IMG/VR virus record: IMGVR_UViG_3300031788_000002 | Span: 103,482-167,481 of that record | DNA length: 64,000 nucleotides | Strand: one strand, 5' to 3' | Source: a virus | Shown here: positions 52,841 to 61,068 of the stretch, one piece after another | Layout: every line of letters starts with the position of its first letter | Position numbering within the stretch: position 1 is the first letter of the stretch | Notes under the pieces: model-generated | What the model was told of the DNA's origin: nothing | Database searches by the model: none | The model's input: the letters and a program-made list of their open reading frames with translations, nothing else | Made by a program: the position numbers and the translations under genes

Positions 52841-53524
52841 ATGTCCATCAATGAAACCGCATTCGACGCACGGGCTTTTCGTCAAGTCGCTGGCGACTTG
52901 TACGCATCAGCCGCTGTAACCGAGGCCGAGGTCGAAGCGGCGCGCCAGAACATGCTGACGCTTAAGAAGGCCGCCGCGGAAAAGAGGGTGGCCCTCTATA
53001 AGATTGAGGTGCAGTTCGGCCGTAATCATCACGTCAACGGTGAGTCCACCTACGGCATGCTGACCTTGTGGGAAAGCGGTACGAAGCTTCACGGCGGGGG
53101 CGACGCCATGCTTTATGTGTGTCCGGGGAAGTACATGAAGCGCAACGACTGCGAACATGTCATCCCCGACGCCGTCAATGGCCGTTCCGTTGTTGTTTGC
53201 CCGAGCTGTTTGACTGCCTGGAGTAATCAACAGCTTATTGGGCAGCACGCCTACCGCTTTTCAATTCAAACGTGGGCCGAGGTCATTCAAACGTGGTTTC
53301 TGCGCTTGGATATGAACGCCGACCTTCGCATAAAGTACTTTTACGATGATATTCGTGCCGCCTCAGCGGCAGAGCAAGAAAAGGAACTGCGGGGCGAGCT
53401 ACTTGAAAAGGCGCGTGCAGCGCCTCGCCGTATCTCGCGCGTGTACTTGCTCAATGATCTCATCAAAGATGTCAATGCGGGCGCAAGCATGTACACTAGG
53501 ATCCTCGCCTTTTTGAGGACGTAG
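52841..53524 (+). CDS. hypothetical protein with Zn motif
   Basis: CP...C...CPSC. Confidence 0.65.
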   Translation: MSINETAFDARAFRQVAGDLYASAAVTEAEVEAARQNMLTLKKAAAEKRVALYKIEVQFGRNHHVNGESTYGMLTLWESGTKLHGGGDAMLYVCPGKYMKRNDCEHVIPDAVNGRSVVVCPSCLTAWSNQQLIGQHAYRFSIQTWAEVIQTWFLRLDMNADLRIKYFYDDIRAASAAEQEKELRGELLEKARAAPRRISRVYLLNDLIKDVNAGASMYTRILAFLRT

Positions 53525-53528
53525 CCCT

Positions 53529-53891
53529 ATGTTTACGCTGGAGCCCGAGAAAGAACCCGACGAGTACGTACGCAAGATGCACTTGCTGGCTGTCAGCGAG
53601 CACATGATCACGTATTTGAGCGAGAACTACGATTCGGGTACCGACGCTCCGCCGGCCAAAGTTATCGAAACACATGCGCTTCCTGTCGCGCAAAGTGTTG
53701 TACCCGGTGGAATCATTGCGGAGTTCATCGCGAATCTTTCCCGTTACAGCGACGAGCTTCGGGGGGATATTCGGCTGTACCACCGCACTAAGGAAAATGC
53801 TCATGTCCTGGGAACCCCCGCCCCAATCCCCGCTGCTGCTCAATCGAAAGCAGCGAAGAGCCCGCGCCGCGCAAGAACGGCGAAAAAATAA
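53529..53891 (+). CDS. hypothetical protein with basic tail
   Basis: 120-aa ORF. Confidence 0.55.
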   Translation: MFTLEPEKEPDEYVRKMHLLAVSEHMITYLSENYDSGTDAPPAKVIETHALPVAQSVVPGGIIAEFIANLSRYSDELRGDIRLYHRTKENAHVLGTPAPIPAAAQSKAAKSPRRARTAKK

Positions 53892-54318
53892 ACCACCCAT
53901 CGGAGAACGAATGCCTGACAGCGCTGATCTACCGCAACGTGTGCGCCAACTGGACTTGGTTGTTGATTCCATGCGCACCGCTTTCAACCGTAACCATCGC
54001 GCCTACAGTGAGGCGCTGAGCGCCGTGGACGGTCACCTCGCTGTACTGCGCGCTGTCATCAATGACTTGGTGCGCAACGAAGTCACCGTCATCAAGGAGG
54101 GTGAGAGCACGGGGAGCGTTGACTGGGACACCTACTACGGGTGGTACAACGATTTCATCAAGAGGCAGGCTGCAGCGGATGCCGCCGCGAAAGAGGGCGC
54201 GGCACCCGTCGTAGAATCCCTGCCCACGAGTGAAGAGCTTTTTGGAGGAGACCATGGCAGTCGGGATCGATCGGTATCTGAAGGCATCGCGGACGCGGGC
54301 GTCGAAGCCCGCCCGTAA
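53674..54318 (+). CDS. hypothetical protein (true start likely near 53911)
   Basis: GGAG before ATG 53911. Confidence 0.5.
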   Translation: MRFLSRKVLYPVESLRSSSRIFPVTATSFGGIFGCTTALRKMLMSWEPPPQSPLLLNRKQRRARAAQERRKNKPPIGERMPDSADLPQRVRQLDLVVDSMRTAFNRNHRAYSEALSAVDGHLAVLRAVINDLVRNEVTVIKEGESTGSVDWDTYYGWYNDFIKRQAAADAAAKEGAAPVVESLPTSEELFGGDHGSRDRSVSEGIADAGVEARP

Positions 54319-54484
54319 CTTGCAAGACGGCTCGGTGGTGTTGGCGACCACGACGGTGCATGGCCCGCGGCAGATGCGCTGCATGCACTGCCATGGGATG
54401 GCGGGGCCCGCGCGTAACGGCGCCGGTCAAGAGGTTCTGCGTTGCTCGGGCTGTGGCACCGAATCAGTGCTGAGGCCCCTGTGA
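54254..54484 (+). CDS. zinc-ribbon protein
   Basis: GGAGGAG SD; CMHC...CSGC. Confidence 0.6.
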   Translation: MAVGIDRYLKASRTRASKPARNLQDGSVVLATTTVHGPRQMRCMHCHGMAGPARNGAGQEVLRCSGCGTESVLRPL

Positions 54485-54735
54485 CGCTTTTGTTGGAGTC
54501 CGACGCGTCTTCCCCCGCCGAAGCGGAGCGGCAAGTGGACGCGGCCCTTGATGAATTCGATGGCTACTTCCGCACCATCCAGACCGACGCCTACGAGGGG
54601 GCTGCCCTTGGCCTTAGTCCACCCGAGCGCGCCATCATCAAGACCTTCTGCGCGTACTTTCTTGGGTTGGGCCCCCGTAATCCCCGTGCTGCGTCCAAGG
54701 AAGGAGCCGCCCATGCCGCGCCGCATCGCCGCTGA
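54481..54735 (+). CDS. hypothetical protein
   Basis: GTGA overlap. Confidence 0.55.
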   Translation: MTLLLESDASSPAEAERQVDAALDEFDGYFRTIQTDAYEGAALGLSPPERAIIKTFCAYFLGLGPRNPRAASKEGAAHAAPHRR

Positions 54736-55147
54736 GATGACCTGCGACCGCTGTGGGCGTATTTGGTACGCCGACTTCAGCGTGGAAAAGCAGGACGTGA
54801 CTTGCGCGTCCCTCGAGCTCTCCATTCGGGAAGCGAACGGGGAGGAGCGCAAGGTGTGCTTCGAGGCCCTTTGCGATGTGTGCGCCGCGTCGGTCGCGGG
54901 GTACTTGACGGCCATCACGCGCAAGATGAAGAAGGCCAGCCCGCAGCGCAAACCGAAGGCTAAAAAGGAGGGAGCGGTCGCGACCCCCTCCCCTTTTGGT
55001 ACCCTTCCAGCGTCTACGCCGTCGCCCCTGGGGTCACCTGGGGGGCATACCGTCGCGGCGCCGGCAGTACCTGCCGCTCCAATTCCCACCCGTTCCACCG
55101 GAACACCGCCTCGAGCCACGGCGCGCCCAGGGCACGCCGCACCTTAA
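54713..55147 (+). CDS. zinc-binding protein with basic/Pro-rich tail
   Basis: AAGGAG SD; CDRC...LCDVC. Confidence 0.6.
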   Translation: MPRRIAAEMTCDRCGRIWYADFSVEKQDVTCASLELSIREANGEERKVCFEALCDVCAASVAGYLTAITRKMKKASPQRKPKAKKEGAVATPSPFGTLPASTPSPLGSPGGHTVAAPAVPAAPIPTRSTGTPPRATARPGHAAP

Positions 55148-55685
55148 ACGACGCTCCACGCATCAAGCGCACCAAGTGCTCCACGCCCCCTTCGCGCGCC
55201 GCGGAGTACAGCACGCTCACACCCGTGGCTTGTTCGAAAGGCCCGTAGGTCACGCGAACGCGCCCTCCCTCGAGGGTTTTGACGGGGTCGCCGAGCAGCG
55301 TGTGCTCGTCTGGGATAGCGAGGTGAACCAACGCTTGTCCCCCGGAAGGGTGGGGCTTGCCCGCGTGACAGAGGGAGGAATGATCCCCCTCTTCATACAG
55401 AGAGAGGTGGTCGACGCGCCAGCCAAAGAAGGTTTGGCCCAGCGCGACCAGGGCCACTTCCTTAGAGACGCCGGTAAAAGACTTTTGCGGCAGCCCTTTG
55501 GCGGCTGCGCGCAGGTCTTCATCCAGGCGTCCAATGTACGTAGCGAGGGCGCGATGCACTGGAATGAAGATTTCTTCGGACCCTTCGGACCCCATGTGCA
55601 GGTGCCAAACGGCTTGTTCTTTTTCGGGGGGCGCAATGAGCAGCCCCGTCGTGACCGTATTGTTGATCGTATAGTTGCGCATCAA
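55014..55685 (-). CDS. hypothetical protein
   Basis: GAGGAG SD; downstream of a GGnATAACA motif. Confidence 0.6.
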   Translation of the reverse strand: MMRNYTINNTVTTGLLIAPPEKEQAVWHLHMGSEGSEEIFIPVHRALATYIGRLDEDLRAAAKGLPQKSFTGVSKEVALVALGQTFFGWRVDHLSLYEEGDHSSLCHAGKPHPSGGQALVHLAIPDEHTLLGDPVKTLEGGRVRVTYGPFEQATGVSVLYSAAREGGVEHLVRLMRGASFKVRRALGAPWLEAVFRWNGWELERQVLPAPRRYAPQVTPGATA

Positions 55686-55712
55686 GCTCTCCTCTCGAGA
55701 AGTTCAGTACCC

Positions 55713-55729
55713 CCAGTACTGTTATTCCC
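55713..55729 (-). promoter_or_regulatory. GGnATAACA promoter-like motif (copy 2: GGGAATAACAGTACTGG)
   Basis: Intergenic; shares ATAACA-R-TACTGG with copy 4. Confidence 0.55.
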
Positions 55730-55750
55730 GATTAAGAGGAGAACTTCGTG

Positions 55751-55999
55751 TTAGGCGTCGCCGTAGGGTTCGGACGACTGAATAGCGGCTTCAAGCGCAC
55801 TCAGCGTGAACGACTTGGCGAGCTCTGCCGCTTTGCCTGTCACCCGCGTGCCACGAAGAATACCCAGCGCTAGGCGTGCCGCTTCAACATTGTGCAGTTC
55901 CAGACCGCATAGATTTTCGGATGCGCCGGCTTCACCGGTTTGTGCCAGGGTGGCCCGACACAGCTCGAGGCTGACCTCGGCGTTGTGCAAGTGATTCAT
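55751..55999 (-). CDS. hypothetical protein
   Basis: GGAGG plus ATG 55999 within track ORF 55751..56059. Confidence 0.55.
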   Translation of the reverse strand: MNHLHNAEVSLELCRATLAQTGEAGASENLCGLELHNVEAARLALGILRGTRVTGKAAELAKSFTLSALEAAIQSSEPYGDA

Positions 56000-56121
56000 G
56001 AGGGCCTCCATTGCGCGTATAATGCGTCGCTTTAGCTTGATAGCAAGAATAAAGTGCACTTACACGTGCAGATGTAGTGCGTTTCCTTCATTGAACCGAG
56101 GGCTACTTGTTGAAGAATAGC

Positions 56122-56139
56122 CCCGGGCGTACGCCCGGG
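56122..56139 (-). terminator. perfect palindrome CCCGGGCGTACGCCCGGG, probable terminator
   Basis: Downstream of the 56161 stop; T-rich flanks on both strands. Confidence 0.5.
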
Positions 56140-56160
56140 CCTTTCCCAACAAGCGAGCCA

Positions 56161-56490
56161 TCACGTGGCAGACGCGTCGTTCGCTGTGTCATCACCGCTG
56201 ACCCAACCGCCGACCAGGCAGCCGATGGAGTACAGCCCGTAGAGAACGCCGCCGGCCACCGCGATGCTGGCAGCGCCTTTACCCACGTCAACCGCGTGAT
56301 CCCGCAAGGACTTCGGGCCGGGGGCTTCCAAGGCCACCGTAACCTTGACCCGCTCTGCCAAGATTTGGCCGAGGGTGAACGTCTCTTCCGCCGCGTGTTG
56401 CTGTGTCGAAATCGGGATGTTCAGGCTGGGGGCCTCGACGCGGGTGGGTTGAGTCGAGCGCTGCGAAACCACGGTGTTGTTCGTGTCCAT
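56161..56490 (-). CDS. small membrane protein (start 56490 or 56616)
   Basis: AAGGA SD before ATG 56490; C-terminal hydrophobic helix. Confidence 0.55.
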   Translation of the reverse strand: MDTNNTVVSQRSTQPTRVEAPSLNIPISTQQHAAEETFTLGQILAERVKVTVALEAPGPKSLRDHAVDVGKGAASIAVAGGVLYGLYSIGCLVGGWVSGDDTANDASAT

Positions 56491-56542
56491 GTTGTTGTTT
56501 CCTTGATCAGAGGTTGTTGTAGATGCGTTCCTCTGCTCATTG

Positions 56543-56552
56543 TTGTTATGCC
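56543..56552 (-). promoter_or_regulatory. GGnATAACA promoter-like motif (copy 3: GGCATAACAA)
   Basis: About 50 nt upstream of ATG 56490. Confidence 0.5.
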
Positions 56553-56612
56553 TGCTATCCGCGAGCTTTTGCAGCGCTTCGGGCAACAGAACACCGAAGC
56601 ACAGATCACTGT

Positions 56613-56696
56613 TCATTTCTTTCCCTTCTTGATGGCTTTAGCGATGATGAGCGCCAGGCCCAACGTTTTCGAGATGATCGACATGGCTGAAAGCAT
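56613..56696 (-). CDS. 27-aa cationic amphipathic peptide
   Basis: GGAGA SD plus ATG; MLSAMSIISKTLGLALIIAKAIKKGKK. Confidence 0.55.
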   Translation of the reverse strand: MLSAMSIISKTLGLALIIAKAIKKGKK

Positions 56697-56704
56697 AGGT
56701 CTCT

Positions 56705-56720
56705 CCAGTATTGTTATACC
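56705..56720 (-). promoter_or_regulatory. GGnATAACA promoter-like motif (copy 4: GGTATAACAATACTGG)
   Basis: Immediately upstream of the peptide SD. Confidence 0.55.
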
Positions 56721-56773
56721 TTGTAGATCCGCAGGTTTTCTCGTGAGCTCCCGTGGTAAAGTGTTGACAACCC

Positions 56774-59700
56774 ATGCCTTTCTCCTCGACAGATATCGCT
56801 TCTCTGACCGGCGGCTTCTCTCAGCAGACAATGTTGCAGCAGCAGCAAGCGGCGATGCTGACGCAACAATTTGGTGGGTACTCCCCCAATTCAATGGCGC
56901 ATCCCGTAGCGTCGACGGGGGAACAATTTTCCGGAATGTTGATGCAGAACATGAGCCAGATGGGCATGTCTGCAATGGGCAGCCAACGACTCAATGGAAT
57001 GGGCTGGGGTATCGCAGCGCCGTTTACGCAAACAGGCCAATTCATGATGGGTCAAATGGCATACGGCGCTCAACAACAGCAGATGCTGGATTCCAACCTG
57101 CGCCAGTCCTACCGCTTCCCTAATTCCTTTGGCGGCCGAGGTTTTTCTGGAACGGATACCGCTTTAATCGGTTCGAGTTTGCGACAGGCATCGCATCAGC
57201 GGGGTCCGGGCGGGGAGAGCGCAAGCTTCGAAGAGCTTGGGCAGCTCGCATCCAACATGGGCCGTATGGGCATGGCCGAAGGGGTACGCTCGGTCAAAGA
57301 TTTCAACGAGAAGTTCAAGACGATGCTGAGCACGGTCAAGACCATCGCGACCGAGCTGGGCACGTCCCTAGAGGAAGCGCAGAAGGTCATGGCTTCCTTG
57401 AAAGGCACCGGCATCTTCAAAGGCCAAGGGCAGTTCACCTCCTTGATGCGCCAGGGAGCGCTTGCCGGGAACATGTCGATAGCGGAGATGAGCTCGGCGG
57501 CCATGATGGGCGCGCAAATCTCCCGGTCCGTTGGTGGCCTTGGTAAATCCGGAGCTTATGCGGGCGTGCACACGCTCTCCAACATCGGCGCCGCGACACA
57601 AGCCGGGGTCATGAGCGAAGAGGACATCTACAACGCTACCGGATTGACGGGCGCTGAAGGGCGGCAAGCCATGGCGCAGAACATGATGAGCACCGACGCG
57701 CACTTCTTTAGTGGGCAACTCGGGCGGCGCGCTCTGGCGGCCATGGCCGGCAAAAACGGTCAATTGGACCTTTCTGCCATGCGCACTTTCATGAGTGGGG
57801 GCGTGGGCACCGGGGGAACCATGGCGATGGCCCGGCAGCACACCGGGGGTCTTGGGGGGCGCGCCAACTTCATTCGAAACGAAGGGCGTCTGCGCGGCGA
57901 AGCCATGAAGGCGTTTGGGGGATTGGGCACGGCCATGGTGGCCAAGAACTGGCTCGAGTCCCAGGGCAAGGACATGGACGCGATGGACGACCGGTCCATG
58001 CTCTTCTTCCAACGCAAGTTCGGCGTTGGGCGCGATGAAGCCGATCAGATGATCAAGATGGCCCGCAACATGGACACCATCTTGGCGCAACGGCAGAAGT
58101 CCCAAGAAAACGATCAGTACCTACGCCGGGCAGATCAAGCCGATCGCGCCAGCAAACCCGAAGAGATCGTTAAGCGTTTGGAGATGGCGCGCAACGAGAT
58201 CAATGACGGTTTACGGGAAGTGGGCGCCAGCTTTTATAAGAGCATGGCGACGAGCATTGGCGAGTTCATGGGCAAGATGTCCGGCGAATACGTTCAGCGT
58301 CGGCGCGCGGCCATGGCGGGCATTGTCAATCAAATGCTGAAGGGCGGCCCCGGTACTGACTCGATGATGGCGAAGGAGCTCGGTATTGTAAAGGGCGCCC
58401 ATGGGTACGAAGCCCTCGGGGGACAGAGCGCTGGTAGTAAAGCCATAGGGGCTGACTTGTTTGGAGATAGCAAACTCTCCGGAGCGCAGTTCAATCGGTT
58501 TTTGGGCTCTAACGCGCAGCGCTTTCGTGACGCTGGGTATGACATTACGGGCGCCAAGAGCATGGGGGATGTCAACGCCATTCAGCAGCAAGCGTTTCAA
58601 GCGGCGCTGGGCTTCTCCGTGGGGGGTTCCAAGAGGGGCGGCGAAGGCTTTGATGAAAAGACCCAAGCGGCTTTCGGTGCTTTGGCGGGCAATGGCATCA
58701 AAGGCTACGGCGCGGAGTTCACCAAGAGCTTTGAGACCATATTGGGTCAGCTGGATACTTCTGGGGGGAAGATGCTGGCGCGGAAGTTCAAGGATGCGAG
58801 CGCAAAAGAACGCGGACGCATGATGAGCGACATCTTGGAGAAATCCGGTCTGAAAGATGTGTACGCGGACCGTTTGCAGGCGCCAAGTGCGTTTGGCAGC
58901 AGTGCGATGGGAAGCAAGTACGCAACGCTTGATGCAGAGAACCGTGCCGTCGGCGGTCTCATTCTGGGGGATCGCTCGCGCTACGGCGCAGAGGGGCCGG
59001 AAGGTATCGGACACCGCATTCAATCCCTTGGCGGGGACATGTCGCTTTTGATGGGCGGCGATCAATCCCGTGGGGGGCGCGGGGTTGCAAAGGCGACCAA
59101 CTGGTTGTCTAAGCAATTCAGCGGCGTCGACGCTTTCATGAAGGACTACATGTCCGATACTGCAAAGGGTGCGGAGAACCGCAACCAAGTGGGTGGCGCG
59201 GTAAGCGATTCCGTCGAAGCGATGACTCTTGGAATAACCGGGGGGCGTCTTGGGGGTTGGTTCGGGGATAAGGCCAAGAGCTTGTTGGGGGGCGCCACCG
59301 ATACGGAGCGACAAGGCGTCACGGAGTTTTTGAAGGGAGATTCCGCGCGCACGATGGCCGGTACGCTACTGACCGGGGACTCCAAAGCGGTAAACCAAAC
59401 CCTGGGGGACATTAGTAAGCGCCGCGGTTCGTTGGCGGGTATGAAAAACCGAACGGCCATTGAGGGTGCAGAGATGGAAGGGCTTCAAGCGCTCGAAGCC
59501 ATGGGGCGCATTCGGGCGGCGGGGGGACAACCCACCAAAGACCAGTTGGCTCAAATTGCGCAGCAAACTGGGTATGGGGACGTTGCTTCCATGTTGAATG
59601 CATCTGGGGGCGCAGACGCTACAGCGCGTCATGAATGGTTGCGGGATCGCGCCCAAGCGTTTGAAGGTATGGGAATGCAAGCCCAGGGGGATGCGCTCGC

Positions 59701-60469
59701 AAGCGCAGCTTCTAACAAAGACATCGATGCGTCCCTTGCTTCAGGCGACATCAAGGTTAGCCGAGAAGCCTTGGCGTACCGCAAAGCTGCGCAGGGAATT
59801 CGGCAGCAACAAACGGGGTACACAGGGGATACGTCAGAAGAGGGCGTACGCGCGAACTTTGCCCGTCTGAACAGTGTCACGGGGGCTCAGGATGTTCTTG
59901 CGAAGAATAGGGCAGGGATGTCCGTCGCGCAAAAGCGCAAGATGGCGGGAGAACTTTCTCAAGTGGGTGAAGGGGATGAAGCCTCCCGTATGGCGGCTGA
60001 GGCGAACGCCGAGGGTAGGTTGACGAAGGGGCTTCAGCGTGGATCGGGTGGGGTTCTCGAAGTTGTTGCGGGAGCCCTCGGTGCTGAGCATCAAAAAGGT
60101 GAGTTCAAGAACGTGAAGGGGGGCGCCGGCGTTCAAGCATTGATGGAACGCCTGGGTCTTGGTAAGGGGTCCAATGTACAAGGGCGTGAAGACATCGAAA
60201 AAGACTTGATGGCGGTCGTAACGGGAAAGGATGCGGGGGGTAATGCGCTGTCCCCCGGTGCCCGCGGACAACTATTGGCCAGTCTTCAGGGACGTTCCCA
60301 GCTTCAAGAAGGCCAGAAGGAAAATCAAGATAAGAAGTCTGAAGGCAATGATCCGTCCTATCGGCGTTTGGGGGACATCGAAAAAACGTTGGGGGAAGTA
60401 AAGAATGGCATCTCCATGGTCAACACATCGCTCCAGAGCAACCTGAAGGTTGAGGTGGTACAACACTGA
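56774..60469 (+). CDS. tail tape measure protein
   Basis: 1231 aa, Gly/Ala/Met/Gln-rich and helical; precedes baseplate initiator and hub genes. Confidence 0.72.
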   Translation: MPFSSTDIASLTGGFSQQTMLQQQQAAMLTQQFGGYSPNSMAHPVASTGEQFSGMLMQNMSQMGMSAMGSQRLNGMGWGIAAPFTQTGQFMMGQMAYGAQQQQMLDSNLRQSYRFPNSFGGRGFSGTDTALIGSSLRQASHQRGPGGESASFEELGQLASNMGRMGMAEGVRSVKDFNEKFKTMLSTVKTIATELGTSLEEAQKVMASLKGTGIFKGQGQFTSLMRQGALAGNMSIAEMSSAAMMGAQISRSVGGLGKSGAYAGVHTLSNIGAATQAGVMSEEDIYNATGLTGAEGRQAMAQNMMSTDAHFFSGQLGRRALAAMAGKNGQLDLSAMRTFMSGGVGTGGTMAMARQHTGGLGGRANFIRNEGRLRGEAMKAFGGLGTAMVAKNWLESQGKDMDAMDDRSMLFFQRKFGVGRDEADQMIKMARNMDTILAQRQKSQENDQYLRRADQADRASKPEEIVKRLEMARNEINDGLREVGASFYKSMATSIGEFMGKMSGEYVQRRRAAMAGIVNQMLKGGPGTDSMMAKELGIVKGAHGYEALGGQSAGSKAIGADLFGDSKLSGAQFNRFLGSNAQRFRDAGYDITGAKSMGDVNAIQQQAFQAALGFSVGGSKRGGEGFDEKTQAAFGALAGNGIKGYGAEFTKSFETILGQLDTSGGKMLARKFKDASAKERGRMMSDILEKSGLKDVYADRLQAPSAFGSSAMGSKYATLDAENRAVGGLILGDRSRYGAEGPEGIGHRIQSLGGDMSLLMGGDQSRGGRGVAKATNWLSKQFSGVDAFMKDYMSDTAKGAENRNQVGGAVSDSVEAMTLGITGGRLGGWFGDKAKSLLGGATDTERQGVTEFLKGDSARTMAGTLLTGDSKAVNQTLGDISKRRGSLAGMKNRTAIEGAEMEGLQALEAMGRIRAAGGQPTKDQLAQIAQQTGYGDVASMLNASGGADATARHEWLRDRAQAFEGMGMQAQGDALASAASNKDIDASLASGDIKVSREALAYRKAAQGIRQQQTGYTGDTSEEGVRANFARLNSVTGAQDVLAKNRAGMSVAQKRKMAGELSQVGEGDEASRMAAEANAEGRLTKGLQRGSGGVLEVVAGALGAEHQKGEFKNVKGGAGVQALMERLGLGKGSNVQGREDIEKDLMAVVTGKDAGGNALSPGARGQLLASLQGRSQLQEGQKENQDKKSEGNDPSYRRLGDIEKTLGEVKNGISMVNTSLQSNLKVEVVQH

Positions 60470-60738
60470 TGCGCTCTTTGCTTGCCCAAGGGCTAACCCC
60501 ATTTACAACACCGGCCGGGTGTACCTTCGTACCCTGCCGCACCGAAGTGACGTTTTCTTTTCGCGCCAACGGGCGTCTTTACAACTTCGTCGCGCGGGAC
60601 AAAGTCATCCCTGAGGACCCCTACTTTGTTCTTGTAAAAGCCGTTGCTTTCGCCATCCGTCAAGGAGAGCCGTACAATGGGCGTACCCCTGACCGTGCCC
60701 TCAAAGACTTCCTCATCAAGAGTAACCTGGTGATCTAA
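60469..60738 (+). CDS. hypothetical protein
   Basis: TGATG coupling. Confidence 0.55.
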   Translation: MRSLLAQGLTPFTTPAGCTFVPCRTEVTFSFRANGRLYNFVARDKVIPEDPYFVLVKAVAFAIRQGEPYNGRTPDRALKDFLIKSNLVI

Positions 60739-61040
60739 TGTCGCTTTCTATTGTGATCCAGGATGACGGCCAAGCTCTTATCAGCGTCAATGGCGTTGTT
60801 ATCAGCTACGTCAAGTCAATCAACATTGTCATCGACGAGCGGGAACACCCTGTTCCTCATATCGCGATTGCCCTCCACGACCCCGACGACATTAAAGACT
60901 CTACGCTGCGTGTTAGCCTGCGGCGTATGCTTCTGAATTACAAGATGGCGCTGGCGCTACATCCTCTGATTCGCATAGCAGGGTACCGCAATACTCTCAG
61001 GGAATTTCCCGCAGTACCCCCTTCAGAGCCGAAAGTGTAG
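60738..61040 (+). CDS. hypothetical protein
   Basis: TAATG coupling. Confidence 0.55.
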   Translation: MSLSIVIQDDGQALISVNGVVISYVKSINIVIDEREHPVPHIAIALHDPDDIKDSTLRVSLRRMLLNYKMALALHPLIRIAGYRNTLREFPAVPPSEPKV

Positions 61041-61068
61041 GTGCGTCATCGCTATCTATATTGAGCTG

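Noticed and set aside
56107-57123. 338-aa plus-strand ORF across the minus-strand island
   Set aside because: It overlaps better-supported minus-strand genes and the TMP start, and has no SD or motifs.
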